This document shows, one piece after another, positions 7,678 to 15,829 of a stretch of DNA of 35,903 nucleotides. Position numbers and translations under genes: made by a program. Numbering within the stretch: the stretch's first letter is position 1; each line of letters begins with the position of its first letter. Source of the DNA: Archangiaceae bacterium (lineage in GTDB: Bacteria; Myxococcota; Myxococcia; Myxococcales; Myxococcaceae); assembly GCA_043750125.1 (NCBI GenBank), contig JAYVCD010000039.1:1-35903 (forward strand), in the 5' to 3' direction. Below the pieces are notes generated by a model. The model did no database searches. It worked only from the letters and a program-made list of their open reading frames with translations, and was not told the DNA's origin.

Positions 7678-9150
7678 TCAAGGACGCATGACCATCACCG
7701 ATCCCATCATCCCCAGCTCGACATGATCGAGAATGTGGCAGTGGAACATCCACATTCCGGGACGATCGTCCCAGCGGACGGCGAATTTCACTTTGCCTTT
7801 CGCCGGGATGTTGACCGTGTCTTTCCACTCGAGCACCGGCCACGCCACATTGTTGGAAGCCTGCACCTGAAACGAGAACCCATGCAGGTGAAACGGGTGG
7901 TCATACGCTGTCGAGTTGCTCACTTCCCACAGCTCGGTGTCACCGACTGTGGCTTGCAGCGGCGTCGACTCGGCCCAGGTGCTGCCGTTGAAGCCCAGCA
8001 CTCCGTTCCCGTCGGGGCCGACCTTCTCAATCATCTCGATCAGACGCAGCTTCGCCGACAAAGTCTGCAGGGGGTCGATCGTGCGCAGCCGGGCCGGCAG
8101 TGCCGCCGCGGCTCTGACCGGCGGCTCGTCCGAGGTGACCTCGAAGACCATGAACGGCTCAGGCGCGCGCAGACTGTTGATGTGAAAGCGATCCGAGTCT
8201 TCCCAGAAGACGGTCGTCTTCCATGCCGGCCCCCGGGGGTTGACGTACAGCTCGGCACGCTCGCCCGGGGTGAGGGTCAGGTCCATCACCGGAAGCGGCC
8301 TCGCGATGAGCCCGCTGTCCCCCCCAACCCGGACCAGCGACTGATCTTGCACCTTGAACTTCAGGTAGCGCGCGCGCGAGGCGTTGATCACCCGCCAGCG
8401 CTGCGGGACACCTTTGCGCGCCTTGAGCGTGGGCAGCTGCCTGCCGTTGACGGTCAGCAACTCGCCCTCTCTGCCGAAGTAGTCACCGAACCAGCCGCTC
8501 TCGTCGCCCGGGCGCAGCGTGCCGTCTGGCTTCACGCTCAAGTCTGCAAACAACAACACCACCTCGTCGCCGAGCCCCACTTCGGCCGGGTCCTCGACAA
8601 TCAGCGCGCCGAACAACCCGAAGCCGACCTGCGCTGAAGAGTCGACGTGCGAGTGGTACCAGAAGGTGCCCGCGTCGAGCAGATCGAACTCGTACTCGAA
8701 GGTCCCGCCCGGAGGAATCGTGGGCGCGGCGCCGTCCATCGCGTTCGGGACTCGCAACCCATGCCAGTGGATGCTCGTCGCAGCCGGCAGCGAGTTGACG
8801 AAGTGAATCTTCAGCCGCTGCCCCTTCTTCGCGCGGATCACCGGCCCCGGCAGCACCCCGTTGTAGGTCCACATTGGCGTCTGCTTCCCCACCCGGAGCT
8901 CGAGGGTCTGGACCTTCGCTTCGAGCCGGTGCTCCACCACTGCGTCCGAGGGGTCGAGATCTTCGAGCGCCGTCATCTTCAGCTGCGCGTCCCACCCCGC
9001 GGGTTGAAGGAGGACTTCTGGGGGCGGCAGAGGAGGGGGCGGCGGCGGCGGAATCACTGCCGGTGTTTCGCAAGCCACCACCAGCAGCACCAGCCAGAGG
9101 GCGTTCCTTGCACTGTTCCGATCGCTGTGCAGCAATTGCACGTTGCTCAT
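7678..9150 (-). CDS. Multicopper oxidase (three cupredoxin domains), probable lipoprotein
   Basis: All copper motifs present: IHWHG, WYHSH, HPFHLHG, HCHILDHVELGM. GAGGAG RBS, lipobox LVVA-C and a poly-Pro linker. Confidence 0.93.
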   Translation of the reverse strand: MSNVQLLHSDRNSARNALWLVLLVVACETPAVIPPPPPPPLPPPEVLLQPAGWDAQLKMTALEDLDPSDAVVEHRLEAKVQTLELRVGKQTPMWTYNGVLPGPVIRAKKGQRLKIHFVNSLPAATSIHWHGLRVPNAMDGAAPTIPPGGTFEYEFDLLDAGTFWYHSHVDSSAQVGFGLFGALIVEDPAEVGLGDEVVLLFADLSVKPDGTLRPGDESGWFGDYFGREGELLTVNGRQLPTLKARKGVPQRWRVINASRARYLKFKVQDQSLVRVGGDSGLIARPLPVMDLTLTPGERAELYVNPRGPAWKTTVFWEDSDRFHINSLRAPEPFMVFEVTSDEPPVRAAAALPARLRTIDPLQTLSAKLRLIEMIEKVGPDGNGVLGFNGSTWAESTPLQATVGDTELWEVSNSTAYDHPFHLHGFSFQVQASNNVAWPVLEWKDTVNIPAKGKVKFAVRWDDRPGMWMFHCHILDHVELGMMGSVMVMRP

Positions 9151-9191
9151 CGCATCTCCTCATCGAACCACCGAGATGATCGCTCTTGACG

Positions 9192-9206
9192 GTTCAAGAC
9201 TTGAAC
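9192..9206. promoter_or_regulatory. Palindromic operator candidate in a divergent promoter region
   Basis: GTTCAAG-A-CTTGAAC perfect 7-1-7 inverted repeat just after TTGAC, between the oxidase and protease genes. Confidence 0.45.
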
Positions 9207-9336
9207 AACCCGTGCAGGTCCTGCGCCGCTCGGCTCCGTCAGCGCTACGCTGCAGCCGAACGGTCGCGAAGAATGAGGACGGGCATAGCCTGAATTGGCA
9301 TCACTGCACTCCGGCCACAAAAAGGGGAATCCAAAC

Positions 9337-11793
9337 ATGCGTTTCATCCTGCTGCTGACGACGCTGGTGTTGATGGGGTGCCCTACCGATGGCAGTGGAG
9401 GCAGCGTCGGAGGAGGCGGCGGCAGCGATGCCACCGGCCGCGTCACCGGGCGGCTGACCGTTTTTCAGGGAGCCGATTCGGTTCCGACCATTCCCTCGCT
9501 GGCAAGCCTGGTGCCCCACCGCGAGCCCAGGGCCCTGCGGCCTCTGCCCGGACCCAAGCTTCTGGCGGTGAGGACGGCCGATGCGGTGCCTCCCCCCCAA
9601 GCGGCCCCCTTCACCGAGTGGATTGCCGGGGAAGTCATCGTTCGGCTCGAAGAGAAGTTGAGCGCGACCCAGGCGCTCGAGCTGTTGCGCACGGTGGGCT
9701 TTGCTTCGGTGCACGGGGGCTTTGCTTCCGACTACCTGCACCTGTTGCGGCTGACCCACAAAGACGGAACCGCCCTCACCGTCCCCGAGACTCTCGAGCT
9801 TGCGACCGTGCTCAAGAAAGTTCACGGGGTTCGCTTCACCGAGGTGAACCGCTGGCAGCACGCCTTCGCCGTGCCCAATGACAAGCTGTACTCGGCGCAG
9901 TGGCACTACCCGGCGATGAACCTGCCTGCGGCGTGGGACATCACCCAGGGCAGCGCCAGCGTGGTGGTCGCCGACATCGACACCGGAATCGTGCCCCACC
10001 CCGACCTCGACGCGCGGGTGATCGCGGGCATCGACATGATTTCCGACCCCACCAACGCGGGAGACGGCGATGGCCGGGACGACAACCCGCTGGACCAGGG
10101 GCTCGACGAGCCCAATGGCGGGTCGAGCTGGCACGGGACCCACACCGCGGGCACCATCGGAGCGGTGAGCAACAACGACCTCGGCGTCGCCGGCGTCGAC
10201 TGGAACGCGCGGCTGCTGCCGGTGCGCGTGCTCGGGGCGAAGGGAGGCTCGCTGTTGGACATCGCGGCGGGAATGAACTGGGCGACCGGGGGCAACGTGC
10301 CCGGCTCGAGGGCAAACACCACTCCGGCGAAGGTGGTCAACATGTCGCTGGGTGGAACGTCGGACCTCGCCTCGCCCGTGTACCAGGACGTGATCAACGC
10401 CGCGAACGCCACCGGAGCCATCTTCGTCATCGCCGCGGGCAACGGAAACGAAGACGCGTTCAAGACCATTCCGTGCATTCAGCAGAACGTGATCTGCGTC
10501 GGAGCCACCCGCTTTTCCGGCAAGCGGGCCAGCTACTCGAACTTTGGACCTGCGGTGACCGTGATGGCGCCCGGGGGTGAGACGGCCGAAGACGCCAACG
10601 GCGATGGCGAGCCCGACGGGGTGCTGAGCACGCTGCGCGATGGGCAGAACCAGCCGGCGCTCAAATACAGCCAGGGAACCAGCATGGCGACCCCCCACGT
10701 GACCGGGGTGATCGCATTGATGAAGGCGGTGAACCCGGCGATGAACTTCAGCACGGCGCGAATGTTTTTGACCCAGACCGCCAACGCCGCCCAGCGGTGC
10801 ACCGAGGGCTGCGGGGCCGGAATGGTCAACGCCCACGCCGCAGTGCTGGCCGCCAAGGGCCAGCCTCCGACCGGGCCCGCGAAGCTCTCGGTCAGCGCGA
10901 ACGAGCTGTTCTTCTCGAAGGGCACGGCGACCTTGAGCATCAGCGTTTCGAACCTCGGCGCAGCGGCGCTGAACGTCACCGCCGCCGTTTCGGGCGCGGC
11001 GGCCTCGTCGATCAGCTTTTCGAAAGGCGCTACGGTCGCCGTCCCGGGGGGGCAGACCGGGAACCTCGAAGTCACGGCTTCCTTCGCCGGGCTGACCGAT
11101 GGCGTCCACCCCGCGACCCTCGCGCTGAGCAGCAATGGCGGCGACGCCACGGTAAACGTCAAAATCCGCGTCGGCGGGGTCGCCGCCAAGGAAGCGGCGG
11201 TCGGGCTGGCCTTCCAACAATCCGATGGAACCTGGAAGGTGGCCGCGACGGCAATCGCCACGGCGGCCAGTGGCTACGCGTATTCGATGGATGCGCCGCC
11301 CGGGAAATACTTCGTGCTCGCCCTGGTCGACGCCGACGGCAACGGGATGCTGAGCGACACTGAACCGTTCGGCTTGTATCCGACCCGAGACACGCCTCAA
11401 GAAATCACGGTTACAGCGGGCTCGACCCTCTCGAACATCGACTTCCCGCTCGTGCCGGACAAACCGATCAAAGCGGAAGTCGGAATCGGAGACGCCTGCA
11501 CGTCGACCTGCTCCAACGGCGCGGTCTGTCTGACCACCGGCTGGCCGGGGGGCTACTGCTCGGCGGACTGCACCACAGCCTCATGCCCTTTGGGCAGCAC
11601 CTGTCTGGGCAGCACGTCTCCGGTGTGTTTGTCGCAATGCACTGGCCCAGATGTTGGGCAGAGCACCTGCCGCACCAGCTACGTCTGTTACAACGACGGA
11701 ACGGGCAAGGGCGTTTGCCTCGCGCGCTGCAACAGCAGTCCTGAGTGCGGAACCGGGTTCGTGTGCAACATCGCCACCGGCTACTGCGAATAG
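9337..11793 (+). CDS. S8 subtilisin-like serine protease lipoprotein with Ig-like and C-terminal Cys-rich domains
   Basis: Lipobox LVLMG-C, prodomain, catalytic triad DIDTG / HGTHTAG / GTSMATPHV, oxyanion AAGN, beta-sandwich region, Cys-rich tail. Confidence 0.93.
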   Translation: MRFILLLTTLVLMGCPTDGSGGSVGGGGGSDATGRVTGRLTVFQGADSVPTIPSLASLVPHREPRALRPLPGPKLLAVRTADAVPPPQAAPFTEWIAGEVIVRLEEKLSATQALELLRTVGFASVHGGFASDYLHLLRLTHKDGTALTVPETLELATVLKKVHGVRFTEVNRWQHAFAVPNDKLYSAQWHYPAMNLPAAWDITQGSASVVVADIDTGIVPHPDLDARVIAGIDMISDPTNAGDGDGRDDNPLDQGLDEPNGGSSWHGTHTAGTIGAVSNNDLGVAGVDWNARLLPVRVLGAKGGSLLDIAAGMNWATGGNVPGSRANTTPAKVVNMSLGGTSDLASPVYQDVINAANATGAIFVIAAGNGNEDAFKTIPCIQQNVICVGATRFSGKRASYSNFGPAVTVMAPGGETAEDANGDGEPDGVLSTLRDGQNQPALKYSQGTSMATPHVTGVIALMKAVNPAMNFSTARMFLTQTANAAQRCTEGCGAGMVNAHAAVLAAKGQPPTGPAKLSVSANELFFSKGTATLSISVSNLGAAALNVTAAVSGAAASSISFSKGATVAVPGGQTGNLEVTASFAGLTDGVHPATLALSSNGGDATVNVKIRVGGVAAKEAAVGLAFQQSDGTWKVAATAIATAASGYAYSMDAPPGKYFVLALVDADGNGMLSDTEPFGLYPTRDTPQEITVTAGSTLSNIDFPLVPDKPIKAEVGIGDACTSTCSNGAVCLTTGWPGGYCSADCTTASCPLGSTCLGSTSPVCLSQCTGPDVGQSTCRTSYVCYNDGTGKGVCLARCNSSPECGTGFVCNIATGYCE

Positions 11794-13029
11794 ATGAGCA
11801 CTGAGCAGGGGCACCTGCAGAACACGATCGACCGCGAGCTGCGCGCCGAGCGCGGTCGGAACATTCTTCGGATGCAGGCCTTCCGGCTGGTGGGCATTAC
11901 CGGGGCGCTGGCGGTGTCGGCGTTCTTCGGTTTTGCCCAGGGCCAGAAAGACTGGGCGTTGATTGTCCCGGTGTTGGCGGGGTGGTTCGTGGCCGCGCTG
12001 GCTTTGGGGGCGGTGGCGTGGAAGCTGGGCCAACACGCGCGCGCGGTCGGGTGGATGTGCGCGCTGCTCGACTTGCCGATCGTGTATTGGATTCAGCACC
12101 TGTCCGTGCCGGTCTCGCCGTCACCGGGGGGCGTGGCGGGATTTACGATGGGAATCTGCTGCGCGTTGATCATTGCCTCCGCGCTGAGCCTCGACGCGAT
12201 GCTGACCTGGGCGGTGGCGACGGTGTCGGCCCTGCTGTGCGCGCGGCTGTTTCAGGAAGCAGGGTTGGGGGCCGGGGGCCAGGTCACCGCTTTAGTCGTG
12301 CTGTTCGTCGCTGCGGCCGCGGCCAGCTACCTGGTGCAGCGGACCGCGGCGCTGATCACCTCGGTGTCGCAGGAAGAGCTCAAGCGCGAGAAAATGGGTC
12401 GATATTTTTCGCCGGACGTAGCGACCCGCCTGCAGCAACTGGGAGACCGCAGCGGCGAGAGCGAGGTGCGTGAAGTGACGGTGTTGTTCTCGGACATTCG
12501 GGACTTCACCGCGCTGTCCGAAACGTTGAGGCCCCAGGAAGTGGTCTCGATGCTCAACGAGTACCACACCAAAATGGTCGAGGTGCTCTTCCGGAACCAC
12601 GGCACGCTCGACAAGTTCATCGGCGACGGGCTGATGGCGTACTTCGGCGCTCCGCTGCCGGATCTCGACCACGCGCAGAACTCGGTGAAGTGCGCGACGC
12701 AGATGCTGGTCGCGCTCGAGGAGCTCAACGTGCAGCGGGTGACCCGCGGGGCTCCGGCGCTGCGCATTGGAATCGGGCTCCACACCGGGCAGGCGATCGT
12801 CGGCGATGTGGGTGCGACCTCGCGCCTCGAATACACAGCGATTGGAGACACGGTCAACGTCGCCTCGCGGCTCGAGACGTTGACCAAGCTGCTGGGTCAG
12901 ACGTTGGTCGTCTCACGCACCACGCGAGAGAAGGTGGGCGACGCGTACCAGTGGACTGAGGTGCCCGACGTTTCGATCAAGGGCAAGAAAGACCCGATCT
13001 CGGTCTTCATCCCGCGCCTGAAGGCTTAG
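11794..13029 (+). CDS. Membrane-bound class III adenylate cyclase
   Basis: About six TM helices, then [49 protein letters not shown]. The Lys/Thr specificity pair suggests ATP as substrate. Confidence 0.92.
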   Translation: MSTEQGHLQNTIDRELRAERGRNILRMQAFRLVGITGALAVSAFFGFAQGQKDWALIVPVLAGWFVAALALGAVAWKLGQHARAVGWMCALLDLPIVYWIQHLSVPVSPSPGGVAGFTMGICCALIIASALSLDAMLTWAVATVSALLCARLFQEAGLGAGGQVTALVVLFVAAAAASYLVQRTAALITSVSQEELKREKMGRYFSPDVATRLQQLGDRSGESEVREVTVLFSDIRDFTALSETLRPQEVVSMLNEYHTKMVEVLFRNHGTLDKFIGDGLMAYFGAPLPDLDHAQNSVKCATQMLVALEELNVQRVTRGAPALRIGIGLHTGQAIVGDVGATSRLEYTAIGDTVNVASRLETLTKLLGQTLVVSRTTREKVGDAYQWTEVPDVSIKGKKDPISVFIPRLKA

Positions 13030-13053
13030 GCCCTAAGGGCCCGGCAGCACGAC

Positions 13054-13338
13054 TCAGCCCAGAACGCCAAGCGCGCCGTCGATTTCTTCCGAAGTGACAC
13101 CGGCGAGCTCAGCGCTGCAGCGCGCGGTGCGCTGGCGCTTCTTTCCGATCGAAATCGCGATCACCTTGTGCGCAGGCGGCAACTTCGCCGGCCCCAGCGC
13201 GAACACCGCGGCCATGAACCGGGCCTGACCTTCGGTCGAGTAGCGGTATTCGAGGCCGATGCCGGCGGGAGTCTTCACCCGCACGGTCCAGCCCTGCGAT
13301 TGGGCAGTCGCGCGAACTTCAAACGTCAACTGGGTCAT
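13054..13338 (-). CDS. Small hypothetical protein
   Basis: AGGAG RBS before ATG 13338 (MTQLTFEVR...); fills the gap between the cyclase and the lipase. Confidence 0.65.
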   Translation of the reverse strand: MTQLTFEVRATAQSQGWTVRVKTPAGIGLEYRYSTEGQARFMAAVFALGPAKLPPAHKVIAISIGKKRQRTARCSAELAGVTSEEIDGALGVLG

Positions 13339-13427
13339 GGGGGCACTCCTGTTGTCCGACCCCGCAACGCTACAGCCCGGTAGCGGGCTGTCCATTTCTC
13401 GGCCGCGTTCCGGTTATCCTTCGGGGC

Positions 13428-14225
13428 ATGGGTCTGTTTTCCGGCCAGCTGCGAAAGATGAGGCGAACGGCGGCGTACCTGCGCGGCTACCTCGACTTCG
13501 ACCGCCATGGGAACGACATCGTGCGCCGCACCGACTTCGGCAACTGCCCGCGGCCGGTGCTGTTGCTGTACGGCTTCATGTCGACCCGCCGCACGTTCGA
13601 AGTTCTCGAGCATCGGCTGCGCCGAGACCAGTACTGCGTCTGGAGCATCAACCTCGGCGGGCTGTTCGACGCGTTCAACACCCGCGGCATCGACGAGTGC
13701 GCCGAGAAGGTTCGCGACAAGGTCGAACGGCTCTACGCCCGCTACCCGAACATGGGCCCGATGAGCATCATCGGCCATTCGATGGGGGGGTTGATCGGCC
13801 GGTACTACGTCAAGCGGCTGGGCGGAGACCGACGGGTGAAGAACCTGATTACTTTGGGCACTCCGCACAACGGCTCGCCTTCGGCCTATTTCGGGGTCGT
13901 CAGCCACGGGCTGATTTCCCGCAGCATCTGGCAGATGACGCCGATGTCTCCGTTCATTCGGCGGCTGAAGATGGGTGCTTTTCCCCGCGAGGTCCGCTTC
14001 GCCAGCATCTTCAGCAAGGCCGACAAGGTGAACCCTTTCCCCGCTTGCATCCTCGAGGACGACGGCCACCCCAACCTGCGCAACATCGAGGTGTCCGATG
14101 TCTCTCACCGCGAGTTCGTGACCCGCCGCACCGTCTACCAGGTGGTTCGCCGGGAATTGGCGCTTGGGTACGGGGACCCGACGGTGCTCGAGCTGGCCCC
14201 AAGGCGACTGGTGCCCTTGAAGTAG
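13428..14225 (+). CDS. Alpha/beta-fold lipase/esterase
   Basis: PVLLLYGF, nucleophile elbow IIGHSMGG, ITLGTPHNGS, SIFSKAD, and a C-terminal His (DVSH). Confidence 0.9.
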   Translation: MGLFSGQLRKMRRTAAYLRGYLDFDRHGNDIVRRTDFGNCPRPVLLLYGFMSTRRTFEVLEHRLRRDQYCVWSINLGGLFDAFNTRGIDECAEKVRDKVERLYARYPNMGPMSIIGHSMGGLIGRYYVKRLGGDRRVKNLITLGTPHNGSPSAYFGVVSHGLISRSIWQMTPMSPFIRRLKMGAFPREVRFASIFSKADKVNPFPACILEDDGHPNLRNIEVSDVSHREFVTRRTVYQVVRRELALGYGDPTVLELAPRRLVPLK

Positions 14226-14244
14226 CGCTGTTATTCGTTGCGCC

Positions 14245-14685
14245 ATGCCGTCGCGTTGGGAACACCTGCTCGAGACCAAGCCGATTCCGGTCATCGACCA
14301 CCTGGTCGAGGAAGTCTCGAAGCTGTTTGCCCAGTCGCTGCGCAGCTGGCCGTTGGAAGTCGACGACGCCCAGGCCGAGACTCTGGCGCTGCTGGAAAGC
14401 CACCCCGCCCGCCCGGACGACGCAACGTTTCGCGAGGCCTTTCGCCTGGCCCGCTGGGACCTGGCCCGCGAATTCGGGGCCTTCGACGACTACATTCGGA
14501 ACATGCGGTTCGTCGCCGTGGGGTTGAGCCCTGACTCGAAGCCCCTGCTGCTGTTCTTGAGCCGCTTCATGACCGAGCAGGCGCTGGGGCTGAACGAGGC
14601 GACCGAGGGTCGAATTGATCGCCGGCGAATGTTGCAGGTGCTCGAACGAACCGAACGCCTGCTGATAAGAGGACTGTTGTCGTGA
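14245..14685 (+). CDS. Hypothetical protein
   Basis: Typical codon bias; stop overlaps the map start (GTGA). Confidence 0.75.
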   Translation: MPSRWEHLLETKPIPVIDHLVEEVSKLFAQSLRSWPLEVDDAQAETLALLESHPARPDDATFREAFRLARWDLAREFGAFDDYIRNMRFVAVGLSPDSKPLLLFLSRFMTEQALGLNEATEGRIDRRRMLQVLERTERLLIRGLLS

Positions 14686-15686
14686 CCGAAATCGCCCCCC
14701 TGGAAGCCCGTCATCCGCCCGCGGTCCCCCCTCGCCCCAACGAGGCGTGCTGGTGCGGCAGTGGGGCCAAATACAAGAAGTGTCACAAGGAATCAGATAC
14801 CGCCGTGGCACGCGAAGAGCGCAGTCGGCTGGACGCGACACGGGTGCGGCGCGGGCAGCTGAGCCCGATGCGCGATGTGCCGTTGACCATTCCCCGACCT
14901 GACTACGCGGGGACGGGCGTGCCCACGCGTGGCACCGGTCGCGACGTGCGCACTCCCGAAGAGCTGGTGCGGTTGCGGAAGGCGTGCGCGGCGGCGGCAC
15001 GAATCCTCAAGGCCGCAGGGCAGGCGGTGAAGCCGGGCATCACCACCGATTCGATCGATGCCCTGGTCCACGCGCTGACGGTGAAGGAAGGCGGCTACCC
15101 CAGCCCGCTCAATTACCGGGGCTTCCCCAAGAGTGTGTGTACGTCGGTCAACGAAGTCATTTGTCACGGGATCCCCGACAGCCGGGTGCTGCTCGAAGGG
15201 GACATCGTCAACCTCGACGTGACCATCTTCCTCGATGGGATGCACGGCGACTGCAACGCCACCTTCTTCGCCGGCGAGGTCGACGAAGAGAGCAAGCGCC
15301 TGGTGAGGGTAACCCACGAGTGCCTGATGAAGGGCATCGCGTCGGTGAGGGCGGGCCTGCCCATCAACGTCATCGGCCGGGCGATCGAAGCCCACGCGGA
15401 CAGCAACGGCTTTGGAGTGGTGCGCAGCTACTGTGGGCACGGGATCTGCGACACGTTCCACACCTCGCTGCAGATTCCGCACTACTTTGATCCGCGGTCG
15501 ACGACGGTGATGGTCCCCGGAATGACGTTCACCATCGAGCCGATGATTACCGCCGGTACACCTGAAGAGCGGCACTGGGACGATGGTTGGACGGTGGTGA
15601 CCGCGGATCTCAAGCGCACTGCGCAGTTCGAGCACACGCTGGTGGTCACCGAGACCGGCTCGGAAATTCTGACCCTTCAGCCGTAG
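14682..15686 (+). CDS. map: Type I methionine aminopeptidase with N-terminal SEC-C zinc motif
   Basis: PNEACWCGSGAKYKKCH (SEC-C). M24A motifs SVNEVICHGIPD, DIVNLDVT, HGD, GHGI, FTIEPMI, AQFEHT. Confidence 0.95.
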   Translation: MTEIAPLEARHPPAVPPRPNEACWCGSGAKYKKCHKESDTAVAREERSRLDATRVRRGQLSPMRDVPLTIPRPDYAGTGVPTRGTGRDVRTPEELVRLRKACAAAARILKAAGQAVKPGITTDSIDALVHALTVKEGGYPSPLNYRGFPKSVCTSVNEVICHGIPDSRVLLEGDIVNLDVTIFLDGMHGDCNATFFAGEVDEESKRLVRVTHECLMKGIASVRAGLPINVIGRAIEAHADSNGFGVVRSYCGHGICDTFHTSLQIPHYFDPRSTTVMVPGMTFTIEPMITAGTPEERHWDDGWTVVTADLKRTAQFEHTLVVTETGSEILTLQP

Positions 15687-15829
15687 CGCTGCCCGCGCCC
15701 AACGTGGGCAGGTCAGTCAAATGGCCAGACTGGGCGCGAGGGGCTAAAAGGGAGCCACGGCTGCCCTTGATCGCAGCGCCGAAATCGGGACCACACCAAT
15801 TCAATGAAGAGTTCTTTCGGGGGCCAAAC

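Noticed and set aside
9295..9312. TTGGCA as a sigma54 -24 element
   Set aside because: There is no GC at the required -12 spacing.
9301..11400. Long antisense or alternative-frame ORFs (also 7030-8637+, 16106-18079-, 23052-24773+, 24511-25950+, 29085-30332+)
   Set aside because: These are shadows of well-supported genes, expected from high GC3 bias, with no motifs of their own.
15740..15800. AAAAGGGAG...CGGCTGCCC upstream of the TonB receptor, resembling a cobalamin riboswitch
   Set aside because: It lacks the GGTG-AA-TCC hairpin, CCCGCAACTGT and the B12 box, and the space is too short. An Rfam scan would settle it.
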